Below are positions 47,459 through 58,473 of a stretch of 64,000 nucleotides of DNA, piece by piece (the first letter of the stretch is position 1; every line of letters starts with the position of its first letter). The position numbers were made by a program, and so were the translations under genes. The notes beneath the pieces were generated by a model. It searched no databases, was not told the origin of the DNA, and saw only the letters and a list, made by a program, of their open reading frames with translations. The DNA lies in NCBI GenBank assembly GCA_000989515.1, contig LBOM01000003.1, positions 15,411-79,410 of the forward strand. The letters are read 5' to 3'. This DNA is from Candidatus Nomurabacteria bacterium GW2011_GWE1_32_28. Lineage in GTDB: Bacteria > Patescibacteriota > Minisyncoccia > Phycocordibacterales > UBA9973.

Positions 47459-47764
47459 TTATATTTCTTGATTACTTTTTTTAGTAACTCTGACCATTTT
47501 ATTATTAACCTTTTTCTTTCCAATACGAGTTCCTAGATTAGTCTTAGGATCTACAACCATTAAATTGGAAGCATGTATAGGCATTGCAATATCTATCTTA
47601 CTACCTTTCTCGCCAGATTTTCTAGGACGTTGATGTTTTTTCATCATATTTACACCTTCGACAATAACTCTATTCTTTTCAACCAAAACAGTGACAATCT
47701 TGCCTTTTTTGCCTTTATCTTTTCCTGTTATAACTATTACATTGTCTCCTTTTTTAAGTTTCAT
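47459..47764 (-). CDS. rplX: 50S ribosomal protein uL24
   Basis: KKGD.V.VI.GKDKGK, PIHASN. Confidence 0.97.
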   Translation of the reverse strand: MKLKKGDNVIVITGKDKGKKGKIVTVLVEKNRVIVEGVNMMKKHQRPRKSGEKGSKIDIAMPIHASNLMVVDPKTNLGTRIGKKKVNNKMVRVTKKSNQEI

Positions 47765-47804
47765 TTTTTTAATTCGTAATTCGTAATTTATAATTCGTAA
47801 TTGT

Positions 47805-48176
47805 TTATATCACCTCTTGCGCTAAAGAAATTATCTTTTGATAGCCTCTTTCAGCAAGCTCTCTCGGTATAGGACCAAAAACACGTCCTGCTTTTGGATC
47901 AAGTTTACCTTTTTCTAATAAAACTACTGCATTATCATCAAACCGAATATATGATCCATCTTTTCTTCTATATGCATTTCTTGTACGCACAACTACTGCT
48001 TGGTGCACATCTTTCTTTTTTACACCCTTTCTAGGACTCGCAATCTTAACAGAAATAATAACCTTATCACCCAAAAAAGCATATCTTTTTTTTGAACTAC
48101 CTAAAACCTTAAACACCTTTCCTGCGGTGCCTCCAGCATTGTCTGTTATTTTTACTAATGTTTCTGTTTGAATCAT
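47805..48176 (-). CDS. rplN: 50S ribosomal protein uL14
   Basis: MIQ, AVVVRT, FDDNA, RVFGP. Confidence 0.97.
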   Translation of the reverse strand: MIQTETLVKITDNAGGTAGKVFKVLGSSKKRYAFLGDKVIISVKIASPRKGVKKKDVHQAVVVRTRNAYRRKDGSYIRFDDNAVVLLEKGKLDPKAGRVFGPIPRELAERGYQKIISLAQEVI

Positions 48177-48185
48177 ATAATCAAA

Positions 48186-48467
48186 TTATTTTGTAATTAC
48201 TCTAAATTTCTTATCTTTTGAAATTGGTTTTGTCTCAATTATTTCCACCTTATCTCCAATTTTATACTTATTTTCTTCATCATGCGCTTTGTATTTTTTA
48301 CTTACTTTGTAAAACTTACCATACTTAGGATGTTTAACAAAACGTGAAACAGAGACAACTACTGTTTTATCCATCTTATCTGAAAAAACAACACCACTCA
48401 AAATATTACCTGTCTTCTTAGGTGTATTATCAATATCTTTATTTTCTTTTGTTGTTTTTGTTTTCAT
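48186..48467 (-). CDS. rpsQ: 30S ribosomal protein uS17
   Basis: SDKMDKT, HPKYGK, AHDE, PISK.K. Confidence 0.97.
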   Translation of the reverse strand: MKTKTTKENKDIDNTPKKTGNILSGVVFSDKMDKTVVVSVSRFVKHPKYGKFYKVSKKYKAHDEENKYKIGDKVEIIETKPISKDKKFRVITK

Positions 48468-48508
48468 CTTTTTGAATTTGTAATTTGTCTTTATTAATTT
48501 ATAACTAT

Positions 48509-48700
48509 TTATTTATGATTTATTTTTGTAAGAATTCTTGCTACTTGTTTTTTTAATGTAACAGATTCTTTAACATTTTTTGATTTTGAACCTTCTGCCT
48601 TAAAACGTAAAACTCTTATTTTTTCTTCTATCTCTATGAGCTCTTTTTTAAGTTCATCAGTTTTCATTCCTTTTAAATTTTCTTTCATTTTTTTTGTCAT
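48509..48700 (-). CDS. rpmC: 50S ribosomal protein uL29
   Basis: LRF....., KKQVARILT; synteny; start re-called. Confidence 0.9.
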   Translation of the reverse strand: MTKKMKENLKGMKTDELKKELIEIEEKIRVLRFKAEGSKSKNVKESVTLKKQVARILTKINHK

Positions 48701-48704
48701 ATGT

Positions 48705-49133
48705 TTATTGATTATGAACTCTTGAAACAATCTTTACTTTAACTGGTAATTTTGTACCAGCTTTTCTTAATGCTTCACGAGCTATTGTTTCATCTACTCC
48801 GTCAACTTCAAATATTATACGTCCCGGTGAAACATCAAAGCAATATCCTTGTGGGTCTCCTTTTCCTTTTCCCATTCCCATCTCTGCAGCTTTAGCAGTA
48901 AAAGGTCTATCTGGGAAAATACGAACCCAGTATTTACCAGATTTAGTTAGGGTACGAGATATAACCTTTCTAGCAGATTCAAGTTGATTTGATTTGACAC
49001 GTGCTTGAGTAACGGCCTTTATTCCAAAAGATCCAAAAGCAAGCTTTGTACCACGAGTGTCTGGTGTTCTGGCTTTAGGGTTTTTGCGGCCAACTTGCCA
49101 TTTTCTAAATTTTACTTTTTTTGGGAATAACAT
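48705..49133 (-). CDS. rplP: 50S ribosomal protein uL16
   Basis: ML.PKK.K.RK, RIFPD, MGKGKG. Confidence 0.97.
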   Translation of the reverse strand: MLFPKKVKFRKWQVGRKNPKARTPDTRGTKLAFGSFGIKAVTQARVKSNQLESARKVISRTLTKSGKYWVRIFPDRPFTAKAAEMGMGKGKGDPQGYCFDVSPGRIIFEVDGVDETIAREALRKAGTKLPVKVKIVSRVHNQ

Positions 49134-49161
49134 ATAATTTATATGATTTTAAACTCGTAGT

Positions 49162-49881
49162 TTAATTATTTTTAATTTCTTTTCCATCTGAATTAGCTGT
49201 ACTAAAAGCACTACGACTAGGCTTTTTATCTGCAAAGATTTTACCACGATATATCCAAACTTTTATACCAATGTCACCATATGGTAAATGTCCTTTTTCA
49301 CGCTTAAAATCAATATCCGCACGGAAAGTTTGAAGAGGTATGCTTCCACGTTTCAACTCTTCCGTTCGAGCAATTTCAGCTCCACCCAAACGACCCGACA
49401 ATACAATTCTAACTCCTTCCACTCCATGAGCCATTATTACCTTTTCTACCATTTGTTTTATAACCCTACGATATGGCAATCTTTTTTCTAGTCCTTCAGC
49501 TACCATATATGCAACAATAGCAGCATCAGCCTCTGGATTTGAAACTTCAACAATTTCAAGTTTAAAATCTTCTGGTTGTGTAAGTTTTAATTTAAGCATC
49601 TTTTTTAAGATGTCTTCTTTTAATTTAGTTACACCTTCACCATTTCGTCCAATTATAAGACCAGGACGAGAAGTTCTAATTACAAAACGAGTTGTTTTTT
49701 GATTTCTTTCAATTTCAATTGAAGAAATATACATAGCACGTAATTTCTTTTCCAAATATTCACGGATTAAAACATCCCCTTTTAAGAAATTACAATATTG
49801 CTTAGGATCAGCAAACCAATGAGACTTCCAATCTCTTAATATTATTAACCTATGAGCATATGGGTGTACTATTTTTGACAT
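49162..49881 (-). CDS. rpsC: 30S ribosomal protein uS3
   Basis: RPGLIIG, GRLGGAEIAR, GIKVWI. Confidence 0.97.
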   Translation of the reverse strand: MSKIVHPYAHRLIILRDWKSHWFADPKQYCNFLKGDVLIREYLEKKLRAMYISSIEIERNQKTTRFVIRTSRPGLIIGRNGEGVTKLKEDILKKMLKLKLTQPEDFKLEIVEVSNPEADAAIVAYMVAEGLEKRLPYRRVIKQMVEKVIMAHGVEGVRIVLSGRLGGAEIARTEELKRGSIPLQTFRADIDFKREKGHLPYGDIGIKVWIYRGKIFADKKPSRSAFSTANSDGKEIKNN

Positions 49882-49883
49882 AA

Positions 49884-50312
49884 TTATTTTTTATTTTCAA
49901 CCTTTTTTGTTGAAACTTTTTTACTTTTAGTTTCTTTTACAACTGTTGAAACAACCTTATTGACTAATTTTCCTTTTTTAACTTTTTCAGTTTTTTCGGC
50001 CAACACAAGAGTAACATGACTAGTGCGCTTGTTTATCCTGTGGCCTGTTCCCATAGCTGCTGGCATCATTCTTTTCATTATAATTCCCTTATCTACACGT
50101 AATTCTTTTATATATAAATTTTCTTTTTTTACTCCAAGTTGAAAAGCATTTGAAACGGCTGAAAGTAAAAGCTTCTTAATCGGAAATCCTGCACGTTTTA
50201 CTAAAAAATCTAGCATTGGTATAGCTTCATCTACTTTTTTCCCTTTAATAAGTCCTGCAACTAAACGAACTTTTCTTGGAGCTTGTCTATAATTTTTTAA
50301 AAATGCTTTCAT
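49884..50312 (-). CDS. rplV: 50S ribosomal protein uL22
   Basis: PRKVRLVA, KRTSH. Confidence 0.96.
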   Translation of the reverse strand: MKAFLKNYRQAPRKVRLVAGLIKGKKVDEAIPMLDFLVKRAGFPIKKLLLSAVSNAFQLGVKKENLYIKELRVDKGIIMKRMMPAAMGTGHRINKRTSHVTLVLAEKTEKVKKGKLVNKVVSTVVKETKSKKVSTKKVENKK

Positions 50313-50318
50313 ATAATT

Positions 50319-50663
50319 TTATTTTTTAGCACCAACTGCAGCTGTAGTAGCAGACCTGGCTTGTGTTATTTCAGCTTCTTTTTTCTTTTGCTCAAGTTCT
50401 TTTTGCATTTTACCTCCATGCTTCATAAATTTCTTTGTAGGTGAAAATTCTCCTAACCTGTGCCCAACCATATCTTCAGTAACAAGAACTTCAATGTGTG
50501 TTTTTCCATTATGAACACCAAAAACAAAACCCACCATTTCAGGTGAAATCTGACAGGCTCTTTTCCAAGTCTTTATCATTGGAGTTTGAAGTGGATTCTT
50601 GCCAGCTATCTTAAGCAATAGTCCCTCATCTATATTTAAACCTTTTTTAATTGATCTTGTCAT
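50319..50663 (-). CDS. rpsS: 30S ribosomal protein uS19
   Basis: RSIKKG, VHNGK, MVGHRLGEF. Confidence 0.97.
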   Translation of the reverse strand: MTRSIKKGLNIDEGLLLKIAGKNPLQTPMIKTWKRACQISPEMVGFVFGVHNGKTHIEVLVTEDMVGHRLGEFSPTKKFMKHGGKMQKELEQKKKEAEITQARSATTAAVGAKK

Positions 50664-50885
50664 AAATACTAAATAAAAAGCTCTTAACGAGCTTCATGTC
50701 ATCATATCAAAATATAAAATAAAGTCAAATTTTAAAATTATCATTAAATCTACTAGGTCATTTAAAATCTAGTTGCAGAATTTTAAATATGTTGTGTAAT
50801 ATTCTTATAAAATATCCTATGATAAAATTTTGTCTTAAATTTTTCTTATGATTCTACTAATAAATTAGAAAAACAATATTATTAA

Positions 50886-50920
50886 AATTAAAAATGGATG
50901 CCTAACATCCATTTTTAATT
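50886..50920 (-). terminator. hairpin/terminator after rplB
   Basis: aattaaaaatggatg-cctaa-catccatttttaatt. Confidence 0.65.
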
Positions 50921-50929
50921 AATTATTTT

Positions 50930-51769
50930 TTATTTTCTCTTACTAGTCTTTCTTCTAGAAACTATAAATACATTTGAATATTTCTTTGGTGTACGTGTCT
51001 TTCTTCCACCTGTCACCTTACCCCACATAGTCTTAGGACGCTTTGTACCTCGGCCTTGTCTTCCCTCACCTCCTCCATATGGATGATCTACTGGGTTCAT
51101 GGCGGTACCTCTCACTGTAGGTCTTATTCCTTTCCAACGAGAACGTCCTGCTTTACCATAATTTTCTAAATGATGTTCTTCATTTGAAACAGTACCAACA
51201 GATGCCCAACATTTTTCATCAACTTTCCTAACCTCAGAAGATGGCATTTTTATATTTGTATAACCATCTGCATTAGCTACTACTTGTGCAAAAATTCCAG
51301 CAGAACGGCCAATCTTAGAACCACCTCTTGGTTTTAATTCAATATTATAAACAAAGGTTCCAACTGGAATATTTTTTAAAGGCAACCTATTTCCAACTGT
51401 GAGTTCTGCTTTTTCTGAAACAATAAAAGACATGCCTGGTTTTATAGATTTTGGAAGAATTACATATCTTTTTTCTCCATCTCTATAAACAGCCAAACCA
51501 ATAAAAGCACTTCTGTTTGGATCATATTCAATAGATTTTATTTTTGCAGGAATATCCTTTTTGTTATACAAAAAATCAACATCACGAAAAAGACGCTTGT
51601 GTCCTCCACCTTTGTGTCTCATAGTGATACGTCCAGCACTATTTCTTCCGACAGAACGCCTAAAACCAGAAGTAAGAGACTTTGTTGGTTTTGTTTTAGT
51701 CAAAATATCACGATAATTGATATTTGTCATTTGTCTTCTTGATTTACTTGTAGGTTTATATGTCTTCAT
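50930..51769 (-). CDS. rplB: 50S ribosomal protein uL2
   Basis: GGGHKR, EYDPNRSA, MNPVDHPYGGGEG. Confidence 0.98.
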   Translation of the reverse strand: MKTYKPTSKSRRQMTNINYRDILTKTKPTKSLTSGFRRSVGRNSAGRITMRHKGGGHKRLFRDVDFLYNKKDIPAKIKSIEYDPNRSAFIGLAVYRDGEKRYVILPKSIKPGMSFIVSEKAELTVGNRLPLKNIPVGTFVYNIELKPRGGSKIGRSAGIFAQVVANADGYTNIKMPSSEVRKVDEKCWASVGTVSNEEHHLENYGKAGRSRWKGIRPTVRGTAMNPVDHPYGGGEGRQGRGTKRPKTMWGKVTGGRKTRTPKKYSNVFIVSRRKTSKRK

Positions 51770-51803
51770 GATTTTAAATTCGTAATTCGTAATTTTTAAT
51801 TGA

Positions 51804-52082
51804 TTATATAAATTCTATCTTATCTTCTTTCTTTAAATAAACAACAGCTTTTTTTCCACCACCCCTAACCCCCTTTTTACCTTTTGAAATGATATCTTTA
51901 TATGGAATTGGAAGTATATTAACTTTTGTTGGCTTTACTTTATAAAGTGAAAAAATAGCTTTTTTAATTTCTTTTTTATTTGCAGATGCATCAACATTAA
52001 AAGTGTAAATATTTTGTTCAAAAACATTACTTGCTTTTTCTGTCACTCTTGGATTTTTAATTGGACTTTTAATTGTCTTCAT
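51804..52082 (-). CDS. rplW: 50S ribosomal protein uL23
   Basis: P.VTEK, ANK.EIK, KKA.V.L. Confidence 0.95.
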   Translation of the reverse strand: MKTIKSPIKNPRVTEKASNVFEQNIYTFNVDASANKKEIKKAIFSLYKVKPTKVNILPIPYKDIISKGKKGVRGGGKKAVVYLKKEDKIEFI

Positions 52083-52120
52083 CTTTTTTAAAAATTGTAA
52101 TTAATAATTCGTAATTATTT

Positions 52121-52780
52121 TTATCCTCTAGATTCTAAAAACTTAATACTATTCTCAGGATTTTCTATTAAGAGATACTGATACTTCAAAACATCAAGAG
52201 GGTTTAAATTTTTAAGAAAAACTATCTCAAGTTGAGGTAAATTTCTAAAACTCTTCTCTGATTTTTCACTTCTTTCATATAAAGCAGTTAAAACTCTAGG
52301 TTTCTTTGAATTTGCAAGTGGCTTAAAACCAGACGCTTTTGAGAGATTTTTCATAACATCCAACCCTTTTTTTGTTTTAGATTCAGTCATAGAAAGAGAA
52401 TCAACAAAAAGAATTTCTCCATCTTTCATTTTTTTTGAAAGAACAGAAAATAAAGCTTGCGCACGCATTTTTTTAGAAATTTTTCTTTTATAATTCTTTT
52501 CAGAAAGTGGACCATGTGTAACACCACCACCAACCCAAATAGGACTTCTGCTTGAACCATGACGAGCACGTCCTGTCCCCTTTTGTTTCCATGGCTTTTT
52601 GCCTCCACCTCTTACTTCACCACGATCTTTTGTATCTGCAGTTCCTGAACGTTTGTTTGAACGCATACCTTCTACAACCTGATGCACCAAGTCTGCGCGC
52701 CATTTTACTCCAAAAACCTTAGAAGGCAATTTGATTGTCCCAGATACGGTTCCTTTTTGGTTGTATATTGTTGCTTCCAT
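52121..52780 (-). CDS. rplD: 50S ribosomal protein uL4
   Basis: GGGKKPWKQKGTGRARHGS. Confidence 0.98.
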   Translation of the reverse strand: MEATIYNQKGTVSGTIKLPSKVFGVKWRADLVHQVVEGMRSNKRSGTADTKDRGEVRGGGKKPWKQKGTGRARHGSSRSPIWVGGGVTHGPLSEKNYKRKISKKMRAQALFSVLSKKMKDGEILFVDSLSMTESKTKKGLDVMKNLSKASGFKPLANSKKPRVLTALYERSEKSEKSFRNLPQLEIVFLKNLNPLDVLKYQYLLIENPENSIKFLESRG

Positions 52781-52801
52781 TTCTTAATTCGTAATTTATA
52801 A

Positions 52802-53416
52802 TTATCTACTAATTATTTCTACTAAAGTTCCACGCTTACCTGCTATTGCTCCTTTTATAAGCATAATATTATTTTCTTTATCTATAAAAATAACTTTCAA
52901 ATTTTTCTGTGTTATACGATCTCCACCCATTCTACCTGCCATTCTCATTCCCTTTGGAACATGTGTACGCAAACCTCCACCAATAGAACCTGGCTCTCTT
53001 TCAGAATGCTTCTGACCATGAGAACGTGGACCTCCGTGGAATCCATGACGTTTAACAACACCTTGAAAACCTTTTCCTTTTGAAATACTTGAAACTTGTA
53101 ATTTATCTCCAACAACAAAAGATGAAACATCAATAATATCTCCTTCTTTTGTATTACTTATATCTGTAGGTTTTAATCTAAACTCTTTAAGTTCTTTATA
53201 GAAAGCTCCTTTCATTGCTCCAGCACTAGATTTTGTAACCCTACTTTCCTTTTGAACACCAAAACCTACTTGTATAGAATTGTAGCCATCTTTAGATTTT
53301 TCAAAAACTTTAGTTATTGTTACTGGTCCAGCAGAAACAATAGTTACTGGAAAAACCTTCCCTTCTGGAGAAAAATATTCTGTCATATTCTCTTTTTTTC
53401 CCAATATAAATTTCAT
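52802..53416 (-). CDS. rplC: 50S ribosomal protein uL3
   Basis: SKGKGFQGVVKRH, MAGRMG; start re-called at ATG 53416. Confidence 0.97.
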   Translation of the reverse strand: MKFILGKKENMTEYFSPEGKVFPVTIVSAGPVTITKVFEKSKDGYNSIQVGFGVQKESRVTKSSAGAMKGAFYKELKEFRLKPTDISNTKEGDIIDVSSFVVGDKLQVSSISKGKGFQGVVKRHGFHGGPRSHGQKHSEREPGSIGGGLRTHVPKGMRMAGRMGGDRITQKNLKVIFIDKENNIMLIKGAIAGKRGTLVEIISR

Positions 53417-53461
53417 GTTCAATTTCTAATTGATAATTCGTAATTTTTAATTTTTAATTTT

Positions 53462-53863
53462 TTAAAGCATTCTTACATCAATATCAACTCCGGATGGAAG
53501 AGATAAGTTTGTAAGAGATTCAACTGTTTTAGGATTTGGATTTATAATATCAATTAATCTTTTATGAACTCTTATTTCAAATTGTTCTCGTGTGTTTTTA
53601 TAAATAAAAGATGCACGATTAACTGTATATTTCTTAATCTCTGTTGGTAGTGGAACTGGTCCTATTATTTCTGCATCATAACGCATAGCTGTGTCTATAA
53701 TCTGTTTTACTGACGCATCCAAGATCTTACTCTCGTAAGCACGAACTCTAATGCGAAGTACCACTTGTCCTGTTTCTTTTTTTTCTTTCTTTAAAGAAGC
53801 TTTCTTAACTTTTTTTTCAGCCAAGACCTTAGATTTTTTTGTTTTTAATTCTTTAGTTGCCAT
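53462..53863 (-). CDS. rpsJ: 30S ribosomal protein uS10 with Lys-rich N-terminal extension
   Basis: GPVPLPT, REQFE.R.HKR. Confidence 0.96.
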   Translation of the reverse strand: MATKELKTKKSKVLAEKKVKKASLKKEKKETGQVVLRIRVRAYESKILDASVKQIIDTAMRYDAEIIGPVPLPTEIKKYTVNRASFIYKNTREQFEIRVHKRLIDIINPNPKTVESLTNLSLPSGVDIDVRML

Positions 53864-53882
53864 GCAATTTAACTATATATAA

Positions 53883-55079
53883 TTAACCTAAAATCTTAGT
53901 AACAACTCCAGCTCCAACAGTCTTACCTCCTTCACGAATAGCAAATCTTTGTGCTTCTTCAAGAGCAACTGGTGTAACTAATTTAACTGTAAGATTATTT
54001 ACTGTATCTCCTGGCATAACCATTTCTACACCATCAGCTAAAGTAACATCTCCTGTAACATCTGTAGTACGAATATAAAATTGAGGTTTATAGCCTTTAA
54101 AGAAAGGAGTATGTCTTCCTCCTTCTTCTTTTTTCAAAACATATATTTCACAAGTAAAATGATCATGAGGAGTAACTGTACCTGGTTTTGCAAGAACTTG
54201 TCCACGAGTAATATCTTCTTTCTTTAAACCACGAAGTAATATTCCAGCATTGTCTCCAGCCATACCTTCTTGAAGATTCTTGTTAAACATTTCAATACCT
54301 GTAACAGTAGTTTTTTGAGTAGCTTTAATTCCAACAATTTCTACTTCTTCTCCAATCTTGATTACTCCTCTTTCAATCTTACCAGTTACAACAGTACCAC
54401 GGCCTTCAATTGAGAATATATCTTCAACTGGCATAAGAAATGGCTTTGTAACATCTCTTATTGGAACAGGAATATAGGTATCAAGAGCATCTGTAAGTTC
54501 AAGAATTTTCTTTGCCCATTCATCATTTACATCTTTAGATTCAAGTGCCTTAAGAGCAGAACCTCTTATAATAGGAGCATTTGCACCATCAAAACCTTGC
54601 TTTGTTAGAAGTTCACGGATTTCCTCTTCAACTAAATCAAGCATGTCTTTATCGTCAACCATGTCGCACTTGTTCAAGAAAACAATCATTTTTGGAACAC
54701 CAACTTGTTTTGCAAGAAGAACATGTTCACGAGTTTGTGGCATAGCACCATCAGTAGCTGCAACGACTAAAATAGCACCATCCATTTGGGCAGCACCAGT
54801 TATCATATTTTTAATGTAGTCAGCGTGTCCTGGAGCATCAATATGTGCATAGTGACGAGCATCAGTAGCATATTCATTGTGTGAAATATTAATCGTAATT
54901 CCACGAGCTTTCTCTTCAGGTGCATTGTCAATTTGACTAACATCACGAAGTCTAACTGTCTTACCAGCCAAACTAAGCACGTGAAGTATCGCTGCTGTTA
55001 AAGTTGTCTTACCATGGTCAACATGACCGATTGTACCAACATTTACGTGTGGTTTATCTCTTTTAAATTCCTCTGCCAT
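53883..55079 (-). CDS. tuf: elongation factor Tu
   Basis: [24 protein letters not shown]. Confidence 0.99.
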   Translation of the reverse strand: MAEEFKRDKPHVNVGTIGHVDHGKTTLTAAILHVLSLAGKTVRLRDVSQIDNAPEEKARGITINISHNEYATDARHYAHIDAPGHADYIKNMITGAAQMDGAILVVAATDGAMPQTREHVLLAKQVGVPKMIVFLNKCDMVDDKDMLDLVEEEIRELLTKQGFDGANAPIIRGSALKALESKDVNDEWAKKILELTDALDTYIPVPIRDVTKPFLMPVEDIFSIEGRGTVVTGKIERGVIKIGEEVEIVGIKATQKTTVTGIEMFNKNLQEGMAGDNAGILLRGLKKEDITRGQVLAKPGTVTPHDHFTCEIYVLKKEEGGRHTPFFKGYKPQFYIRTTDVTGDVTLADGVEMVMPGDTVNNLTVKLVTPVALEEAQRFAIREGGKTVGAGVVTKILG

Positions 55080-55286
55080 AATATTTTTTTTAATAATGAG
55101 AACTCAGTGTACGAGAACCCCCTGTCCGCCTCTGGAGGAAGTCACTAAGGTCTTATTACTAATTTATCCGTTTTTGGACGAATAGAGTTAGCTAATAAAT
55201 TTATAAAAATGCAATATAAAAACTGCGAAAGTGCAGTTGCCTATATAGTAGCAAATTAAAAAATAATGTCAAATATAAATTTAATA

Positions 55287-57437
55287 TTATTTTCTAGCTG
55301 CAATAATAACATCAGCTACATTATTAGGTACGATGTCATAACGCAAAAATTCCATAGTGAATGATGCACGTCCTTCTGTCATAGAACGAAGTCCTGTCAT
55401 GTATCCAAACATTTCAGAAAGAGGAACTATACCATTCAAAACTTTATTCATACCCCTATCTTCCATTCCTTCAATAATTCCACGTTTTGAAGAAAGATTC
55501 CCTGTAATATCTCCCATAAATTTTTCTGGAGTAACAACTTCAACTTTCATCATAGGTTCCAAAATAACTGGCTTTGCTCTTCTGCAAGCATCTTGTATTG
55601 CCATAGAAGCAGCAATCTTAAATGCCATTTCATTTGAGTCAACTTCGTGATAACTACCGTCCCAAAGCTCCACAGAAACATTTACCATTTTAAATCCAGC
55701 AAGAACTCCACGATCAAGACCCTCTCTAAATCCTTTTTCACAAGGAGCAATATATTCTTGTGGAATAACACCTCCTCTAATAGTATTTATAAATTCAAAT
55801 CCATTAGCTCGTTTTGTGTTTTTAGGTAGATCTTCAACCTCTTCTTTTGTAAGAGAAGTCATTGGTTTTACTTTGATCTTAACGTGACCATAATTTCCTC
55901 GTCCACCAGATTGTTTAATATATTTACCTTCTGCATCTGAAGTACCTATGATGGTCTCTCTATAGGCCACTTGTGGTTTACCAACATTAGCGTCAACAGT
56001 AAACTCTCTTTTCATACGATCAACAATAATTTCGAGGTGAAGTTCTCCCATTCCAGCGATGATTGTCTCCCCTGTTTCTTGGTCTGTGGAAACTTTAAAT
56101 GTAGGATCCTCTTGTGCAAGACGATTAAGAGCCATTCCCATTTTTTCTTGGTCAGCCTTTGTTTTTGGTTCAATACGTAATTGAATAACTGGTTCAGGAA
56201 AAATTATTCTATCTAATTCAATCGGATTTGTTTCATCACAAATAGTATCAGAAGTAATAGTATCTTTTAATCCTACAGCTGCGGCTATTTCTCCAGCAAA
56301 AACTGTTTTCATTTCTTCTCTGTCGTTTGCATGCATACGTAATATTCTACCAATACGTTCTTTGTTTCTAGTTCTTGGATTATAAATATAAGAACCAGCA
56401 GATAATGTACCAGAATAAACCCTAAAGAAAATAAGTTGTCCAACAAAAGGATCTGTAGCAACTTTAAATGCAAGCGCAGAAAAAGGTTCAGAGTCTGAAG
56501 CATTTCTAACAATAGGCTCATCATTCTTATCTGGATTTGTTCCTGTTATCGGTGGAATATCAAGCGGAGAAGGTAGATAATCTACAACTCCATCAAGTAC
56601 CAACTGAACACCCTTATTTTTTAAAGCAGAGCCAGCATAAACTGGAAAAATCTCATTAGCAATAACTCCTTTTCTTAAAAGTTTTTTCAAAACAACCATA
56701 TCTGGAATTTTTCCTTCCAAATAATCATTCATAACTGAATCATCTTGTTCTACAATTTTTTCTATAAGTTCGTTGTGATATTTTTCTGCCTCTGCTTTCA
56801 TATCTTCTGGAATCTCTTTTTCAATAACCTTATTTCCCATTTCTCCCTCGAAGTAAAAAGCCTTCATTGTAAATAAATCTACAACCCCTTCATGTTTTTC
56901 TTCAAGACCAATAGGAATCTGCATTCTAACAGCTTTTTTTGTAAGACGATCTAAAATAGTCGCATATGAATGTTCAAAAGATGCTCCAGTTCTATCTAGC
57001 TTATTAACAAAACAAATACGAGGAACCTTAGCTTCATCAGCATAACGCCAGTTTGTTTCAGATTGAGGTTCTACTCCAGCCACACCATCAAAAACAACAA
57101 CAGCACCATCTAGTACTCGAAGAGATCTTTTGACCTCAACCGTAAAATCGATATGTCCTGGAGTATCAATAATATTAAAACGATGTTTTTTATTTTTATC
57201 AGTACCAGCATAAGTTGGAGTCCAAAAACAAGTAACGGCAGCTGACGTAATAGTAATACCTCTCTCTCTTTCTTGTTCCATCCAGTCAGTGGTCGTCTCT
57301 CCATCATGGACTTCACCTATTTTATGAGATACACCAGTATAAAAAAGAACACGTTCAGTAGTGGTTGTTTTTCCTGCATCGATATGAGCAATAATTCCAA
57401 TATTCCTAACTTTTTCTAGTGGATAGTCTCTTTCCAT
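55287..57437 (-). CDS. fusA: elongation factor G
   Basis: [21 protein letters not shown]. Confidence 0.99.
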   Translation of the reverse strand: MERDYPLEKVRNIGIIAHIDAGKTTTTERVLFYTGVSHKIGEVHDGETTTDWMEQERERGITITSAAVTCFWTPTYAGTDKNKKHRFNIIDTPGHIDFTVEVKRSLRVLDGAVVVFDGVAGVEPQSETNWRYADEAKVPRICFVNKLDRTGASFEHSYATILDRLTKKAVRMQIPIGLEEKHEGVVDLFTMKAFYFEGEMGNKVIEKEIPEDMKAEAEKYHNELIEKIVEQDDSVMNDYLEGKIPDMVVLKKLLRKGVIANEIFPVYAGSALKNKGVQLVLDGVVDYLPSPLDIPPITGTNPDKNDEPIVRNASDSEPFSALAFKVATDPFVGQLIFFRVYSGTLSAGSYIYNPRTRNKERIGRILRMHANDREEMKTVFAGEIAAAVGLKDTITSDTICDETNPIELDRIIFPEPVIQLRIEPKTKADQEKMGMALNRLAQEDPTFKVSTDQETGETIIAGMGELHLEIIVDRMKREFTVDANVGKPQVAYRETIIGTSDAEGKYIKQSGGRGNYGHVKIKVKPMTSLTKEEVEDLPKNTKRANGFEFINTIRGGVIPQEYIAPCEKGFREGLDRGVLAGFKMVNVSVELWDGSYHEVDSNEMAFKIAASMAIQDACRRAKPVILEPMMKVEVVTPEKFMGDITGNLSSKRGIIEGMEDRGMNKVLNGIVPLSEMFGYMTGLRSMTEGRASFTMEFLRYDIVPNNVADVIIAARK

Positions 57438-57447
57438 ATATTTTTAT

Positions 57448-57918
57448 TTACCAAGCAAAATGAGCAAAAGCCTTGTTTGCTTCAGCCATCTTATGGGTAT
57501 CGTCTTTCTTTTTAATAGCAGCACCTTCGTTTTTGGAAGCAGCGATCAATTCATCAGCAAGTTTTAAGTGCATAGGTCGTCCTTTTGTCTTTCTTGCAGC
57601 ATCACGAATCCAACGCATAGCAAGAGCAAGACGGCGCTCAGGTCGGACTTCTCTTGGTACTTGATAGTTTGCACCTCCAATACGTTTTGAACGTACTTCT
57701 GTCATAGGACCAGCATTTTTCATCGCTAAATCAAAAATCTCAAGAGGATTAGGGTTACCTGTCTTTTCCTTTATTATATCAAAGGCTTTGTAAACTATCT
57801 TTCTAGAAGTTTCTTTTTTTCCAGACCACATAACATAATTAATAAATTTCTCCAATTTTTGAGAATTGTAGATAAAATCTGGATTTACTATGTTTCTATT
57901 GTTAACTTTGCCTCTCAT
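57448..57918 (-). CDS. rpsG: 30S ribosomal protein uS7
   Basis: [18 protein letters not shown]. Confidence 0.98.
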   Translation of the reverse strand: MRGKVNNRNIVNPDFIYNSQKLEKFINYVMWSGKKETSRKIVYKAFDIIKEKTGNPNPLEIFDLAMKNAGPMTEVRSKRIGGANYQVPREVRPERRLALAMRWIRDAARKTKGRPMHLKLADELIAASKNEGAAIKKKDDTHKMAEANKAFAHFAW

Positions 57919-57953
57919 TTTTTAATTCTTAATTTGTAATTAATAATTCTAAA

Positions 57954-58376
57954 TTATTTCTTTGCTTCTTTTGGTCTCTTGTTTCCATATAGAGATCTAC
58001 CTTGTCTACGTTTTTCGACTCCTTGAGTGTCTAAAACTCCACGTACTATGTGATACCTAACTCCGATCAAGTCTTTAACACGTCCACCACGAAGCATTAC
58101 CACAGAGTGTTCTTGAAGATTATGTCCTTCACCTGGAATATATGCTGTTACTTCCATACCATTAGTTAAACGAACTCTCGCTATCTTTCGAAGAGCTGAG
58201 TTTGGTTTCTTTGGAGTAGTTGTAGAAACTTTAGTACACACACCACGTTTAAATGGAGCTGGAAAGAATACTGGTTTATTTTTTAAAACATTAAAACCTC
58301 GTGCTAAAGCAACAGTCTTTGATTTAGAATGAGTCTTTACTCTATTTTTTTTAATTAATTGGTTTATTGTTGGCAT
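57954..58376 (-). CDS. rpsL: 30S ribosomal protein uS12
   Basis: [24 protein letters not shown]. Confidence 0.98.
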   Translation of the reverse strand: MPTINQLIKKNRVKTHSKSKTVALARGFNVLKNKPVFFPAPFKRGVCTKVSTTTPKKPNSALRKIARVRLTNGMEVTAYIPGEGHNLQEHSVVMLRGGRVKDLIGVRYHIVRGVLDTQGVEKRRQGRSLYGNKRPKEAKK

Positions 58377-58473
58377 AATTTAATACAGGCCTTAGGCTCT
58401 AGGTATTAGCTAAAACCTAAACCTAAAACAAAAGAGTCCAAAGACTCTTGGAAATAATATACTATTAAAAAAA

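Noticed and set aside
45475-53461. Heptamer arrays as a CRISPR array
   Set aside because: Units are 7 nt, degenerate and separated by whole genes; no spacers of constant length and no cas genes.
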